64,000 nucleotides of DNA from Myxococcota bacterium (GCA_039028615.1 JBCCHT010000002.1:512001-576000), one strand, 5' to 3'; shown: positions 10,417-22,944, counted from the first letter of the stretch. Numbers and translations are program-made. The notes: generated by a model not told the origin, from the letters alone.

Positions 10417-10698
10417 CGAGCAGCGAACCTAGCGAGCGAGCGCCGCCGGGGCGAGGGGCCGCGACCCGGTCTGCCCAAAGGGTTGAAATCGTGGCGCTAT
10501 GCTGCACGCGTATCCACCCGCGGCGCGTGATCGAGGCGGCAGCGTCCGACGTCGTTCCTACTGTCGTTCACCCGACAATCCACCGAGACACCTGGGCGGC
10601 CGAATACGATCCGTCTGGGCGAAGCAGGCCCGAGCATGGGCGAGGGCGACGGACGGATGTCCGATGGCCCCACGCACCCGAGCGCTGAGCGAGCGCCG

Positions 10699-11262
10699 TC
10701 AGTCCTCGTCGCGCGTGGAGACCACCACCGCCGTGCCCGAGAGGCGGTCGTAGATGGTCTGGCGCTGGAACCTGGCGCCGAGCCCCAGCAAGTAGAGCGC
10801 GACGAGGCTCCACACCAACGCCAGCCCCATCATCGAGGCCATCGGTATCTCCGTGACCCGCAGCGGAAAGCCGGGGATGTGGAGCATGGCGGTGTGGGCG
10901 AGCTGCCACGGCATGAACTTGAGCGCCGAGCGCAACACGGCGCGACCGAGCGGCGGAGGTGTCCCTTCCGCCGTCGTCACCTCGAGCCCCGCCTTGCGTT
11001 TGCCCCACGTCGCTCCGGTACGGGACTCGAACACGCCGAAGTACGCGATGACCGGAGCCACCAGCACCACGAACGCCATGAGGTCCACGCGCCACGGGCT
11101 CGACAACAGCTCCGTCCACTCGTCGCCCAGCGGGCCCATCGTCAGCCAAGCCCCCAGCGACGCCAAGGTCGTCAGGAACGCCGCAATCGCGAGGTAGTCA
11201 TAGGCAAAAGCCTTGATCCGGCTCCATGCGGGCGCGACCACGAGCGGCGTCGGTTCGGACAC
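10699..11262 (-). CDS. RDD family membrane protein
   Basis: RIKAFAYD, GATWGKRKAGLEV, QTIYDRLSGT. Confidence 0.85.
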   Translation of the reverse strand: MSEPTPLVVAPAWSRIKAFAYDYLAIAAFLTTLASLGAWLTMGPLGDEWTELLSSPWRVDLMAFVVLVAPVIAYFGVFESRTGATWGKRKAGLEVTTAEGTPPPLGRAVLRSALKFMPWQLAHTAMLHIPGFPLRVTEIPMASMMGLALVWSLVALYLLGLGARFQRQTIYDRLSGTAVVVSTRDED

Positions 11263-11354
11263 GCGCCCACGCTACACCGAAGCGAACGCGGCGCGCACCC
11301 GGACCCTCCGAGGACTCGCCGCATTTGTGGCCAAGCGTCCCGTACACTGGCTGC

Positions 11355-12197
11355 ATGCCTCGGATGCTCGCGCTGGCCCTCGCCTTCGTTTGCCTCGGCT
11401 GCGGGGACGACTCCGCCGCCACCGCGAGCTCGACCTCGACCACGGGCGGCTCCGAGTCCACGGGGGTCGGCTCGACGGACGTGCTCGATCCCGAAGCCGA
11501 CACGACGGCGACGACCGACGGCACCGATCCCGAGGGAGGCGAGTGCGACCCCTTCGCCCAAGATTGTCCCGAGGGCTTCACCTGTCGCCCGCGCCCTCCG
11601 ACCCCGGCCGGCGACGATGCGTTTTGTCAGGCACTCCCCGCCGACCCGATCGAGGCCGGAGAGTCCTGCCCCTGGGCACCCATGGACGGCCAGGAAGATC
11701 AGTGCGGGCTCGGCCTCGTGTGCGTGCCCGTCGACGAGGACAACCAGCTCGGCATCTGCCTGGAAGCCTGCGGTGGCACGGCCGATGCCCCCGAGTGCCC
11801 CGAAGACACGGTGTGCCTGCTCGGCGTGGCCAGCTACACCATCTGCGCCCCGACCTGTCACCCGATCGACACGCTGTGCATGGACGGCTGGTCCTGCCAA
11901 GCGCCGCCCGACACCATCGGCAACGCGTACGACCTGTACTGCGGCAGCAACCGACCCGACGCGGGTGGGGCCGGCTCGTCGTGCATGGGGCCCCCCGAGT
12001 GCGTCGCCCAGACGATGTGCATCCAGGCCTCCGCCGTGCCCGGCTGTACCACCGAACGCTGCTGCTCGGAGTGGTGTGACCTCGAAGACACCGAGTTCGA
12101 GTGCACCTTCGCCGCCGAGGGCCAGTCGTGCATCGCGTGGGCCGACGACCCTCCCCCGGGCTTCGAGAACCTGGGGATCTGTGCCGTGCCCGGCTGA
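11355..12197 (+). CDS. Cys-rich lipoprotein (26-Cys scaffold family, dispersed copy)
   Basis: Lipobox CLGC, S/T/D linker, core CDPFAQDCP...PPGFENLGIC colinear with the 35.8-39.5 kb paralogues. Confidence 0.85.
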   Translation: MPRMLALALAFVCLGCGDDSAATASSTSTTGGSESTGVGSTDVLDPEADTTATTDGTDPEGGECDPFAQDCPEGFTCRPRPPTPAGDDAFCQALPADPIEAGESCPWAPMDGQEDQCGLGLVCVPVDEDNQLGICLEACGGTADAPECPEDTVCLLGVASYTICAPTCHPIDTLCMDGWSCQAPPDTIGNAYDLYCGSNRPDAGGAGSSCMGPPECVAQTMCIQASAVPGCTTERCCSEWCDLEDTEFECTFAAEGQSCIAWADDPPPGFENLGICAVPG

Positions 12198-12218
12198 CCA
12201 CGGTATGCTGGCCGCCTC

Positions 12219-12725
12219 ATGGGCAAAGTCGCCAAGGGTATCGGGATCACCGTCGCCGTAATCTTCATGCTGCTGTCGGCCATCGTGTGCGCGATCGCGG
12301 TGGACGTGTGGGACGCCGACGACGAGGTCGCCGAGGCCATGGTCGAGACCACGTGGTTCACCGAGCAGAGCTACGAGCCGATGATCGCGTGGTCGCACAA
12401 CCCCACCGCCGCGCCGCCGCCCGCCAATGCGGTCCAGGACCTCGCCGACCACGCCGATGCGCTGTCCAAATCGATCGAGCTCATCGGCACCACCATGGCG
12501 GCCCAGCTCGACGACGACACCGAGGCCAAGGCCAAGGAGGCGCTGGCGTCCATCCTCATCGCCCAGGAAATGACCGCCCTGCGGGTCAAACAATTCGATG
12601 AGGAGTTCCTCGCGGGCCGCCACGCCGACCTGAAGACGGAAGATCTGGCCACCTTCAAGGCGTGGGCGATGGGCGTGGACGAGATCATCGGCGGGGCCCG
12701 CAAGAAGATCGACGAACGCAGGTAG
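12219..12725 (+). CDS. Hypothetical protein with N-terminal TM/signal and helical body
   Basis: Typical codon bias; hydrophobic N-terminus. Confidence 0.75.
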   Translation: MGKVAKGIGITVAVIFMLLSAIVCAIAVDVWDADDEVAEAMVETTWFTEQSYEPMIAWSHNPTAAPPPANAVQDLADHADALSKSIELIGTTMAAQLDDDTEAKAKEALASILIAQEMTALRVKQFDEEFLAGRHADLKTEDLATFKAWAMGVDEIIGGARKKIDERR

Positions 12726-12750
12726 ACCGCGGCATGCCAGACTGGGGCCG

Positions 12751-14502
12751 ATGCCGTCTGCCCTGAAGCTCGCCCCCGCTGCCGTCGACGTCGAAACCCG
12801 CGGCGACGACCTCGTGCTGCGCTCGCCGCATGTGCCGGGGCCGGCCCCGCGAGCGCTGGGCGTGCTGCTCGAAGGCTGGGCGCAGCGGGACCCCACCCGC
12901 ATCTTCATGGCGCAGCGCGAGGGCGCAGGATGGCGAACGCTCGACTACGGCACCGCATGGTCCAACGTACGACGCATCGGCAGCGCGCTGCTGCAGCGAG
13001 GGGCCGGGCCCACGCGTCCCCTCGCCCTGCTGTCGGACAACTCCATCGCCCACGCACAGCTTCAGCTCGGGGCGATGCACGTCGGCGTCCCGGTGGCTCC
13101 CGTCTCGCCCGCCTACTCGTTGATGTCGAGCACGCTCGGCCGCTTGAAGGTCGTGCTCGACACCCTGCGGCCCGCGCTGGTGTTCGCCGAAGACCCCGAG
13201 CGCTACGCCGCCGCCCTGGCCACCGTGCCCGCTCCCGGCCAGGTGCTCGCTCCCCTGCCGCAGCTGCTCGAGACCGAGCCCAGCGACGCCATGGAGCAGG
13301 CATGGGCCGCGGTGGGGCCCGACACGGTGGCGAAGATCCTGTTCACCTCCGGCTCGACCGGCACCCCCAAGGGCGTGGTCAATACGCAGCGCATGCTGTG
13401 CACCAACCAGGAGGCCATCGCCACGCTGTGGCCCTTCATCGAGAGCACTCCGCCCATCACCGTGGACTGGCTGCCCTGGAGTCACACCTTCGGCGGCAAC
13501 CACAACCTGAACATGGTGCTGCGCAACGGCGGGACCCTGTACATCGACGGAGGTCGCCCCGCGCCCGGTCTCATCGAACACACCGCCGAGAACCTGCGCC
13601 TGGTCTCCCCCACCGTCTACTTCAACGTGCCGCGAGGTTACGACCTGCTGGCGACCCAGATGGAGCGGGACGAAGCCCTGCGCCGCAGCATGTTCGCGCG
13701 TCTCGACCTGCTCTTTTACGCCGCGGCGGCCCTGCCCCCCGCCACCCGCAAGCGTCTCGAGGCTCTCGCCGCGGCCGAGCAACGCGAGGTGTTCTTCGCG
13801 TCGGCCTGGGGCTCGACCGAGACCGCGCCCTTGGCCACGAGCGCGTACTTTCCCACCACCACGCCCGCGGTGATCGGGCTGCCTGCGCCAGGCGTGGAGA
13901 TCAAGCTGGCCGCGACCGAGGGCCGCCACGAGCTGCGCGTGCGGGGCCCCAACCTCACCCCGGGCACCTGGACGCCGGGCGGGCAGCTCGTGCCCGCGGC
14001 GGTCGACGACGAGGGTTTCTTGCACACGGGCGACGCGGGGCGCCTCGCCGACCCCGACGATCCCACCCAGGGGCTCGCGTTCGAGGGCCGGCTGGGCGAG
14101 AACTTCAAGCTCAGCACGGGGACGTGGGTGTTGGTGGGCACGCTCCGCGTCGCGCTCGTCGATGCCTGTGCCCCCCACGTGCAGGATGCCGTGATCGCCG
14201 GGCACGATCGCGACCAGCTGTGTGCCCTGCTCTTCGTCGCGGACCCGGGTGACGAGAACGCTCGAGCCGAGCAACGAGCCACCATCCGCGACGCACTGCA
14301 GCGCTTCAACGCAGCGTCTCCGGCCTCGAGCACCACCATCGCGCGGGTCAGCCTCCAGTTCACGCCGCCCTCGCTCGACGCGGGCGAGACGACCGACAAG
14401 GGCTACATCAACCAGCGTCGCGTGCTCGAGAACCGAGCCGACACCGTCGGTTCGCTCTATCGCGAGCCCTACGGCCCCGACGTCGTGGTCGTGGCGGAGT
14501 GA
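12751..14502 (+). CDS. fcs: Feruloyl-CoA synthase-like AMP-dependent ligase
   Basis: [52 protein letters not shown]. Confidence 0.85.
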   Translation: MPSALKLAPAAVDVETRGDDLVLRSPHVPGPAPRALGVLLEGWAQRDPTRIFMAQREGAGWRTLDYGTAWSNVRRIGSALLQRGAGPTRPLALLSDNSIAHAQLQLGAMHVGVPVAPVSPAYSLMSSTLGRLKVVLDTLRPALVFAEDPERYAAALATVPAPGQVLAPLPQLLETEPSDAMEQAWAAVGPDTVAKILFTSGSTGTPKGVVNTQRMLCTNQEAIATLWPFIESTPPITVDWLPWSHTFGGNHNLNMVLRNGGTLYIDGGRPAPGLIEHTAENLRLVSPTVYFNVPRGYDLLATQMERDEALRRSMFARLDLLFYAAAALPPATRKRLEALAAAEQREVFFASAWGSTETAPLATSAYFPTTTPAVIGLPAPGVEIKLAATEGRHELRVRGPNLTPGTWTPGGQLVPAAVDDEGFLHTGDAGRLADPDDPTQGLAFEGRLGENFKLSTGTWVLVGTLRVALVDACAPHVQDAVIAGHDRDQLCALLFVADPGDENARAEQRATIRDALQRFNAASPASSTTIARVSLQFTPPSLDAGETTDKGYINQRRVLENRADTVGSLYREPYGPDVVVVAE

Positions 14503-14725
14503 ATCACTCGCGCTCGGGTCCACGGGCACCGGAAGTCACCGTTCCGGCGAGGCCTGCTCCGAGCACTCACGCCGGCGCCTGGCCACGGGGAGGTGTCACA
14601 AAGTGGTCGAATCCATGGCGCATATGGACTCGGCTCCCGGTCGTCGGCCACTTTGGTGCGGGTAACGACGCTCGAAACTGAGCCGAATGTCTCCTGCCGC
14701 GTTCGCGAGCGCCGTACACTGCTCG

Positions 14726-16396
14726 ATGATGCATGGTGGGAAGTGGGCGCTCGCGACGGCGATGGTCGCGACGATGGCCGGAGGCTGCAAAAAGGACGTC
14801 GGCGGGTTCGATCCCGGGGCCGAGGGCGGCGAGGGAGGCAGCGAGTCGGGCACCGACTCCGCGCCGGGCGGAGGGGGAGAGCTCGCGTGCGACCAGGGCT
14901 CGCCCGGGCCGCGAATGCTCCGCTTGCTGACCCGACGCGAATACGCGGCCACCGTGGCCGACCTGCTGGGGGTCGAGCCCCCGCCCACCGATCTCATCCC
15001 CATCGAGTCGACCATTGCGCACTACGACAACGATGCATCCGCCGTCGTGACCGCCCGCCATGTCGACGCGTACATGGAAATCGCGGCCGACGTGGCCGAA
15101 CAGGCGGTCGAGCAGGCGGGGCCGATGCTGGTGGGGTGCATGCCCGCCGACCCCGAGTGCCCGCGGCTGTTCATCGAAGAGCTGGGCGCCCGAGCGATGC
15201 GACGCCCCATGGCGGGTGACGAGGTCGACCTCTACCTCGAGCTATTCGACCCGGCCGCGACCGACGGAGACTTCTACGAGGGCGTTCGCCTCGTCATCCG
15301 CGGCTTGTTGATGTCCCCGCAGTTTCTGTATCGCTCGGAGCTGGGCGAGCCGACGGGCGCCGATGGCCAGTACCGGCTGACCCCGTACGAAGTGGCCTCC
15401 GCGCTGTCCTACGGCCTTTGGGGCACCATGCCCGATCCCGAGCTGCTGGACGCCGCTGCCTCGGGCGAGCTCGACGACCCGGACGGCATCGAGCTCCAGG
15501 CCCGACGCTTGCTCGATCACCCCCGCGGGCGCACCCAGACCGGCGAGTTCTTCATTCAGTGGCTGGGCACCGCCCCGCTGCTCCACGCGAACAAAGACGC
15601 CGAGATCTATCCCGACTTCAGCTCCGAGATCCGCGAGGCGATGGCCGCCGAACAACAGGCCTTCGTCGAGCACGTGATCTACGACGGCGACGCGACGATC
15701 GAGGAGTTGCTGCGGGCCGACTACGTGTTCGTCGACGACGCGCTCGCCGGGTTCTACGGGCTGCCCGCCCCCGGCTCGAGCACGCCGGTCTCGGTGCCGG
15801 CCGGGCCCGAGCGAGGCGGCCTGCTCACCCTCGGCAGCGTGCTGGCCAGCCATGCCCACCCCAACGAGTCGTCGCCCGTCCGACGGGGCCTATTCGTCCG
15901 CGAGCGGTTGTTGTGCCAGATACCGCCGCCTCCGCCTCCCGACGTGAACACGGTGCCGCCGGAGCTCGACCCCACCGCCACCACCCGCGAGCGCTTCGGG
16001 CAGCACTCCGTCGACCCCGCGTGCAGCGGCTGCCATCGCCTCATCGACCCGCTCGGCTTCGGCTTCGAGTCCTACGACGGGGTGGGTGCGTTCCGCAGCA
16101 CGGAGAACGATCTCCCCATCGACGCCTCCGGGGAGATCGTGGAGATCGAACAGGGCGCCGCCCCCATCCCCTTCGACGGCCTGGAAGAGCTGGCCACGCA
16201 GCTGTCGCAGTCCCCCGTGACCTCGGCCTGCATCGTCGAGAACTACGTGCACTTCACCGCGGGCCGCCCCGTTACCGAACAGGACGAGTGCACCATCGAG
16301 ACCCTCTCCGACCAGCTCGCCGAAAACGGCGGCGACCTCCACGAAATGTTCATCGATCGCGTCCGCCTCGACGCCTTCGTCATCCGCACGGAGTAG
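14726..16396 (+). CDS. DUF1587/1595/1592/1588/1585 domain lipoprotein with CxxCH
   Basis: LRLLTRREY, SPQFLYR, LSYGLWGTMPD, SSPVRRG, CSGCH, DPLGFGFESYD; lipobox AGGC. Alternative start at 14687. Confidence 0.9.
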   Translation: MMHGGKWALATAMVATMAGGCKKDVGGFDPGAEGGEGGSESGTDSAPGGGGELACDQGSPGPRMLRLLTRREYAATVADLLGVEPPPTDLIPIESTIAHYDNDASAVVTARHVDAYMEIAADVAEQAVEQAGPMLVGCMPADPECPRLFIEELGARAMRRPMAGDEVDLYLELFDPAATDGDFYEGVRLVIRGLLMSPQFLYRSELGEPTGADGQYRLTPYEVASALSYGLWGTMPDPELLDAAASGELDDPDGIELQARRLLDHPRGRTQTGEFFIQWLGTAPLLHANKDAEIYPDFSSEIREAMAAEQQAFVEHVIYDGDATIEELLRADYVFVDDALAGFYGLPAPGSSTPVSVPAGPERGGLLTLGSVLASHAHPNESSPVRRGLFVRERLLCQIPPPPPPDVNTVPPELDPTATTRERFGQHSVDPACSGCHRLIDPLGFGFESYDGVGAFRSTENDLPIDASGEIVEIEQGAAPIPFDGLEELATQLSQSPVTSACIVENYVHFTAGRPVTEQDECTIETLSDQLAENGGDLHEMFIDRVRLDAFVIRTE

Positions 16397-16399
16397 ACC

Positions 16400-17716
16400 A
16401 TGTTGATCAAGACACGACGCTCCTTCATACGAATGCTCGGCGCGGCCGGGGTCGCCTCCCCGCTCGCCCTCACCCTGGGGCGCAACGCGGTCGCGGCCCC
16501 CGGCGACGTCAAGGTGATGTTCGTCTTCATCCCCGATGGCGTCATCGAGCAGCTGTGGCACCCCATCGGCGGCGAGACGGGGTTCACGCTGCCGGCCATG
16601 AGCGCCCCGCTCACCCCCGTCATCGACGATCTAGTGTTCGTCCGGGGGCTCACCATGTACGCGGGCGCGCCGACCCACGAGGGCGGCACGGCCAAGGTGC
16701 TCACGGGCGACGGCGACGTGTCGTTGGACATCTTCCTCGGCGAGCAGCTCGGCGGCGGCACGGCCCACAAGTCTGTGCAGCTCGGGGTCGCCACCGCATT
16801 CCAGAATGGCTCGGGCAGCGTCTCGTATATCGGACCGGGGCAGATGCTCATGCCCGACGACAACCCGCTCAGCGCGTTCGAGCGGATCTTCGGCGATCTA
16901 CAAGAGCCCGAGGTTCCCGACCCCGGACCCGACTGGGCGCAGGTTCGGTCGTCGCGCGTCATCCAGCGCTCCATCGACGACCTCAACCGACTGCGCTCGA
17001 CCCTGGGCGGCACCGAGCGCGACAAGCTCGATGTCCACCTCGACGCGCTCCAAGAAGTCGAAGGCCAGATCAACGGCGACTTCGCCAACTCGTGCGACTC
17101 GGTGGTCTGGAACACCGAGGGCTTCACCGTCGACGAGATGGACTTCTACCCGAAGACCTGGGAGCGCGAGGAGCACTACGCCCTGGTGGGCAAGCTGCAG
17201 ATGGACCTGGCCGTGCTCGCGCTGTCGTGCGGGCTGACCAACGTCGCCTCGCTGATGTGGTCCCATGCGGTCAGCCCCACCGTCGTGCCGGGGCTCGGCA
17301 CCGTCACTCCCGCCCACCAGTCGTCGCACTACGGCAACGACACCAACAGCTCGCTGGCGCAGGCCTTCATCGCGTACCGGCACTTCTACTGCGAGCAGAT
17401 CATCTACCTGCTCCAGCAGATGGCCGCGATGCCGAGCGGCAACGGCTCGCTGCTCGACGACACCGTCGTGTTCTTCTGCACCGACATCCACGACGGCAAC
17501 CTCCACAACCACTCCGACATGCCCTTCATGCTCGCGGGTCGAGCGGGCGGGCAGCTGGTCACCGGGCGCTCGCTCGACTACCGGGAGAGCAACGGCGGCG
17601 AGGACGAGCCCCACACGAAGCTGCTGGTCTCCATCGCCAACATGGCCGGGGTGGACATCGACCAGTTCGGCTACACCGGGCATGGCACGGGCGGACTGCC
17701 CGGCCTGCTCGGGTGA
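16400..17716 (+). CDS. DUF1552 domain protein, Tat-exported
   Basis: TRRSFIR twin-arginine signal, NPLSAFERIF, KLDVHLDALQEVE, LLDDTVV; usual partner of DUF1592 proteins. Confidence 0.9.
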   Translation: MLIKTRRSFIRMLGAAGVASPLALTLGRNAVAAPGDVKVMFVFIPDGVIEQLWHPIGGETGFTLPAMSAPLTPVIDDLVFVRGLTMYAGAPTHEGGTAKVLTGDGDVSLDIFLGEQLGGGTAHKSVQLGVATAFQNGSGSVSYIGPGQMLMPDDNPLSAFERIFGDLQEPEVPDPGPDWAQVRSSRVIQRSIDDLNRLRSTLGGTERDKLDVHLDALQEVEGQINGDFANSCDSVVWNTEGFTVDEMDFYPKTWEREEHYALVGKLQMDLAVLALSCGLTNVASLMWSHAVSPTVVPGLGTVTPAHQSSHYGNDTNSSLAQAFIAYRHFYCEQIIYLLQQMAAMPSGNGSLLDDTVVFFCTDIHDGNLHNHSDMPFMLAGRAGGQLVTGRSLDYRESNGGEDEPHTKLLVSIANMAGVDIDQFGYTGHGTGGLPGLLG

Positions 17717-17720
17717 CGGC

Positions 17721-18497
17721 TCAGCCGGCCACGAGCTCTTCGGCGCTGCGCGGTAGCACTCGCGCGCCGCTGCCCTCGAGCACCAACACCCCGGTGACCT
17801 TGTCGATGGGGGTGCCGACGGCTGGTGCCTCGCCGCCCTCGACGAAGGCCGACAGATCGACGACCAGCCCGGGCGCCACCGAGAAGCGGGCTCGCCCGAT
17901 GTCGTCTTCGATGACGCGCATGGGCTCGCCATCGAGCTCGGCGAACACCACGACCATGTCGGCCAGGCTCTCGCGCCGCTCGCCCTCGGGAAGCAGCTCA
18001 CGGGCATCGACGGTGATGGGCTCCGGCACCGCCCGCACGCCACCCGCTCGCGCCGCGGCCTCGCGCAGGTAGTAGCCGTCATCGTCGCGCGCCACATAGC
18101 CCACGACCTCGGGCAGCTCGCCCATCTGAATCACGGCCCTGGACACCAGGTCGAGGCGCAGGCCCGCGTAGCTCGACTGCCCCGGATCACGCACGAACTG
18201 GGCCGGACGCGCCCCCCAGTCCATGGCCGGGCTGGTGACGATGATGCCGCGCAACGAGACGAAGCTGCCCTCGTCCCAGGACCCACGCTTGATATCGGAG
18301 ACGAAGGCGGCGAGCGGCATGTCGTCGTCCATGCCGAAGTTGGTGTCCTCGGCCCCACCCGAGCCGGGGCCGAAATCGTCGCCCGCCGAGGTGGTGGTTC
18401 TGCTGCCCTCGTCGTCCGCCGCGGGGGCCGTGCAGGCCACGCTGCCGGCCATGACGAGAGCGGGAACCAGGGCCCACGAGCGGCGTCGCGCAGTCAT
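17721..18497 (-). CDS. Hypothetical lipoprotein
   Basis: Lipobox SVAC; C-terminal VLPRSAEEL resembles endonuclease-associated OB-fold regions (weak). Confidence 0.7.
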   Translation of the reverse strand: MTARRRSWALVPALVMAGSVACTAPAADDEGSRTTTSAGDDFGPGSGGAEDTNFGMDDDMPLAAFVSDIKRGSWDEGSFVSLRGIIVTSPAMDWGARPAQFVRDPGQSSYAGLRLDLVSRAVIQMGELPEVVGYVARDDDGYYLREAAARAGGVRAVPEPITVDARELLPEGERRESLADMVVVFAELDGEPMRVIEDDIGRARFSVAPGLVVDLSAFVEGGEAPAVGTPIDKVTGVLVLEGSGARVLPRSAEELVAG

Positions 18498-18637
18498 CGA
18501 AAAACGACGATAGCACTGGCCTTCGGGGATGCCCGTACCGACGCCGACAAAACGCTGATCGTTTCCTTCCGTCGCCCGAACCGTGCGGTCGCGACCGCGC
18601 GCGAGGCCGCCGATTGCTGGAGAGAAGCCTTGAATAA

Positions 18638-20016
<1,379 letters not shown>

Positions 20017-20017
<1 letters not shown>

Positions 20018-21441
20018 TGCGGACCCTTCGCGAGTCCTCGCGCTTCGCTTCGGCGAGCCGTTGGATCGCGATGGTATTGGGCCTGGCCGTGGCCGGGCCC
20101 GCGTCGGCGGGGCTGTACGAGCCGCCCGCCGAACCGGAGCCGGCCTCGCCGACCGAGGCCGGCACCGAGACCGAGGACGCGACCCCGCCGAGCCCGTCGG
20201 CGCCGACCGAACGCACCGAGGCCGACGTCGAGGGGCCGACGCTCATCGACGGCGTCTTGCCCAGCGGTCTGCGGGTCATCCTCGCGCAGGACACCACGCT
20301 ACCCGTGGCGTCCGTGGTGCTGGCGATCGAGACGGGCACCGAAGACGACCCCAGCAGCCAGCCCGGGCTGGTGCACGCGCTCGCCTATCACCTGCTGCAG
20401 GGCAACCGAGAGATGCCCCCGGGGGGTGCCACCGCGTTGGTGCACGACCGCGGCGGCATCGCGTCGCTCGCCATTGGCCCCGCCCAGGTCCGATACGAGA
20501 GCCTGGTGCCCCTGTCGGCGCTGTCCGACGTGCTGTGGGCCGAGTCCCAGCGACTGCGGGCGCCCACGGTGAGCGCCGAGCTGTGGTCGAGCACCCTGCG
20601 ATGGGCTCGCCGCGACAAGTCCCGCGCCTGGCGAATTCCTCGGGCCGCCATGGCCGTGGCCCACGGAGTGCCGGGCCTGGACCACGACGGCCGCAAGGGC
20701 TCGACCCCGCTGGCCCAGATGGTGCCCCGCGCCATCGGCCAGGCGCTCGCCGACCGATTCCGCTACGAGCTCGCGACCCTGGTCGTCGTCTCCCCTCACC
20801 CGCCGCAGCAGCTGCGCGAGACCATCGAGGAGCTGTTCGCCGACCTGCCGCCGCAGCCCCGTCGGCTTCGCAATCGCAGCCCCAAGCAGCGCGTGGGCAC
20901 CGTGCCGCAGGCCGTGCCCATCGCGGGCGAGAAGGGGCAGCGCTTCGTGTGGCCGGTCGAGCCCGACCCCGCCCACCTCGGTGAGGCCACCGTGTGGTGC
21001 AAGGCGATCAACCGGCAGCGACGGGACAAACAAGAGCCCGCCCGCGCGCGGCTGCGGTGCCACCTCGACGTCGATCCTCGGCGGGCCACGCTGATCTTGC
21101 TGGCGACCGGGGTCGAGGATCCGACCGAGCTGGTCCGCACCCGCCTCGCCCGGCTCGGCAGCGGAGAAGAGACGCGCTTGCTCGAGCGCCAGCGCCAAGT
21201 GGTGCTGCGCGACTGGACGCTCTCGCTACGAACCCCGCTACCCTTGGCGCGACGCCTGGCCAACTCGGCCCCGCGCCCGGACACCGAGCCCGGCTGGACC
21301 GAGCGCCCTGTCGACTGGCTGACCGGCGTCGCCAGCCTCGACCAGCGATGGACGCGGAGCCAGACCTTCGGTCCCCACCTCCAGCTCGGGGCCGCGATCT
21401 TCCTCGTGCCGCCCGAGTCCAACGAGGAGCCCACGCCATGA
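20017..21441 (+). CDS. M16 (insulinase)-like exported protein, Zn motif degenerate
   Basis: LPSGLRVIL..GTEDDP..PGLVHALAYHLL aligns with the M16 N-domain but lacks HxxEH. TGATG coupling to eno. Confidence 0.72.
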
Positions 21442-22883
21442 GCGCGCGATCTCGCTTCGGTCGAGCCGCGCTCGCACTCGCGGTGGTCGCGGGGCTCGGG
21501 GCGTGCAAACGATCCAAGGCGCCGCTGGTCGAAGAGGTCTGGGACGAGGCCCCCGCCAGCGGCCAGGCCGAAGCCCTGGGGAGCCTCGCGCCGCCGTGGA
21601 GCGCCCCCACCCGCGCCGTGCTCGACAGCGGGCTCATCACGTTTTGGCTGCACGAGCCCGACGCCCCCGCCACGCACCTGCGGGTGCTGCTGCCCGTCGG
21701 CGATCGACCCGAGCTGCAGTCCGCCGCGGTCGTGGCCGTGCTCGAGACTCACCTGCAGCAGAGCCTCGCCACGCGGGCGCGCAGCCAGGGCATCTCGGTC
21801 GAGACTCGCTCCGCCCCCGACCGCATCGAGATCGTGCTGCACTCGGCCACCGCCGATACTTCACGCGCCCTCTCGACGCTGGGGCGAGTGCTGGCCGCCC
21901 GCTCTCCCAGCTCGGGTCTGGAGACCGCGCGAGCCGAAGTCGCCGGGCGGCTCGAGGGCGAGCCCACGGCCGACGAGCGAGCCACCGCCGCGCTGGCGGC
22001 CACGTTGTTGGGTCGTCGTAGCTCGGCCCAGCAAGCGACCGCCAAGGCGGTGACCGAGCTGTCTCGCGACGCGCTGCTCGAGGGCTGGGAGCAGCTGGTC
22101 GACCCCCGCCGCGCCGTGCTCGTGGTGCACTCGGGGCACGAGGCCAGCCTCTATCGCGCGGCGCTCCGCAAGCTCGCCGACGGCTGGCGCGGCCGCGGCC
22201 GTCGCCCCGTGCTCGACTCCGCCATCGCCCGGCTCCGCACCGCCTCCGAGCCCTCCTCGGCCCCGGGCCGCCTGCTCGCCGAGCCGGCCACGCCCATGCA
22301 CATCGTGCCCGGCCCCGAGGGCAGCCCGGTGGTCATGATCGGTCGCGTCGTGCCCACGCGCAGCGCCGCCGACCGCAGCCTGGCCCGGCTCGCCCAGCGA
22401 GTGCTGCAAGAAGAACTCGACGCCCGCCTGGTGATCCGCGGCGACCATGGGCTGTTCATGCTGCGCGTGCCGCTGTCGGGTCGCGAGCCCGAGCAGACGG
22501 TCACCGAAGCCATCGATGCCCTGACCTCGCTCGCCACCACGCGTCAGCCCCAGCAGCGCCTGTTTCAGGCGGCGCAGCTGTGGCTGGGCGCCCGCATGGT
22601 CCAGGCCAGCCTCGACGGCGAAGACTGGACGGCCTCGTGGAGCGACGCGATCGATCTCGCCGAAGACGACGATGCCATCGTAGGCGCGCTGGCGCGCGAC
22701 GCGAGGTCGATGCTCGAGCCCGACCCGGAGGCCCTGCAGCAGTGGCTCCGCCAGTGGCTCGATCCCCGCAGCAGCGAGCCCGGTTGGCGCTGGCTGGTCG
22801 CGGGCGCCTCCGATCGGCAGACCCGTCGCCTCGCGCGTATCACCCCGCTCGCGGGGGCCGACGGCGAGAGCCTCGCGCCCTGA
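21438..22883 (+). CDS. M16-like inactive partner subunit, lipoprotein
   Basis: Lipobox LGAC, VLDSGLITF, LSRDALLEGW..DPRRAVLVV; ATGA overlap. Confidence 0.62.
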   Translation: MSARSRFGRAALALAVVAGLGACKRSKAPLVEEVWDEAPASGQAEALGSLAPPWSAPTRAVLDSGLITFWLHEPDAPATHLRVLLPVGDRPELQSAAVVAVLETHLQQSLATRARSQGISVETRSAPDRIEIVLHSATADTSRALSTLGRVLAARSPSSGLETARAEVAGRLEGEPTADERATAALAATLLGRRSSAQQATAKAVTELSRDALLEGWEQLVDPRRAVLVVHSGHEASLYRAALRKLADGWRGRGRRPVLDSAIARLRTASEPSSAPGRLLAEPATPMHIVPGPEGSPVVMIGRVVPTRSAADRSLARLAQRVLQEELDARLVIRGDHGLFMLRVPLSGREPEQTVTEAIDALTSLATTRQPQQRLFQAAQLWLGARMVQASLDGEDWTASWSDAIDLAEDDDAIVGALARDARSMLEPDPEALQQWLRQWLDPRSSEPGWRWLVAGASDRQTRRLARITPLAGADGESLAP

Positions 22884-22944
22884 CTTGGGCCGCCTGTCCG
22901 GGTGGGTTCACAGCCGCTGGGGCTCGGTGATAAACCGGGCCCGC

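Noticed and set aside
10417..10698. Possible amino-acid riboswitch or leader peptide upstream of hom
   Set aside because: No SAM, lysine or T-box consensus and no Thr/Met-rich leader ORF seen.
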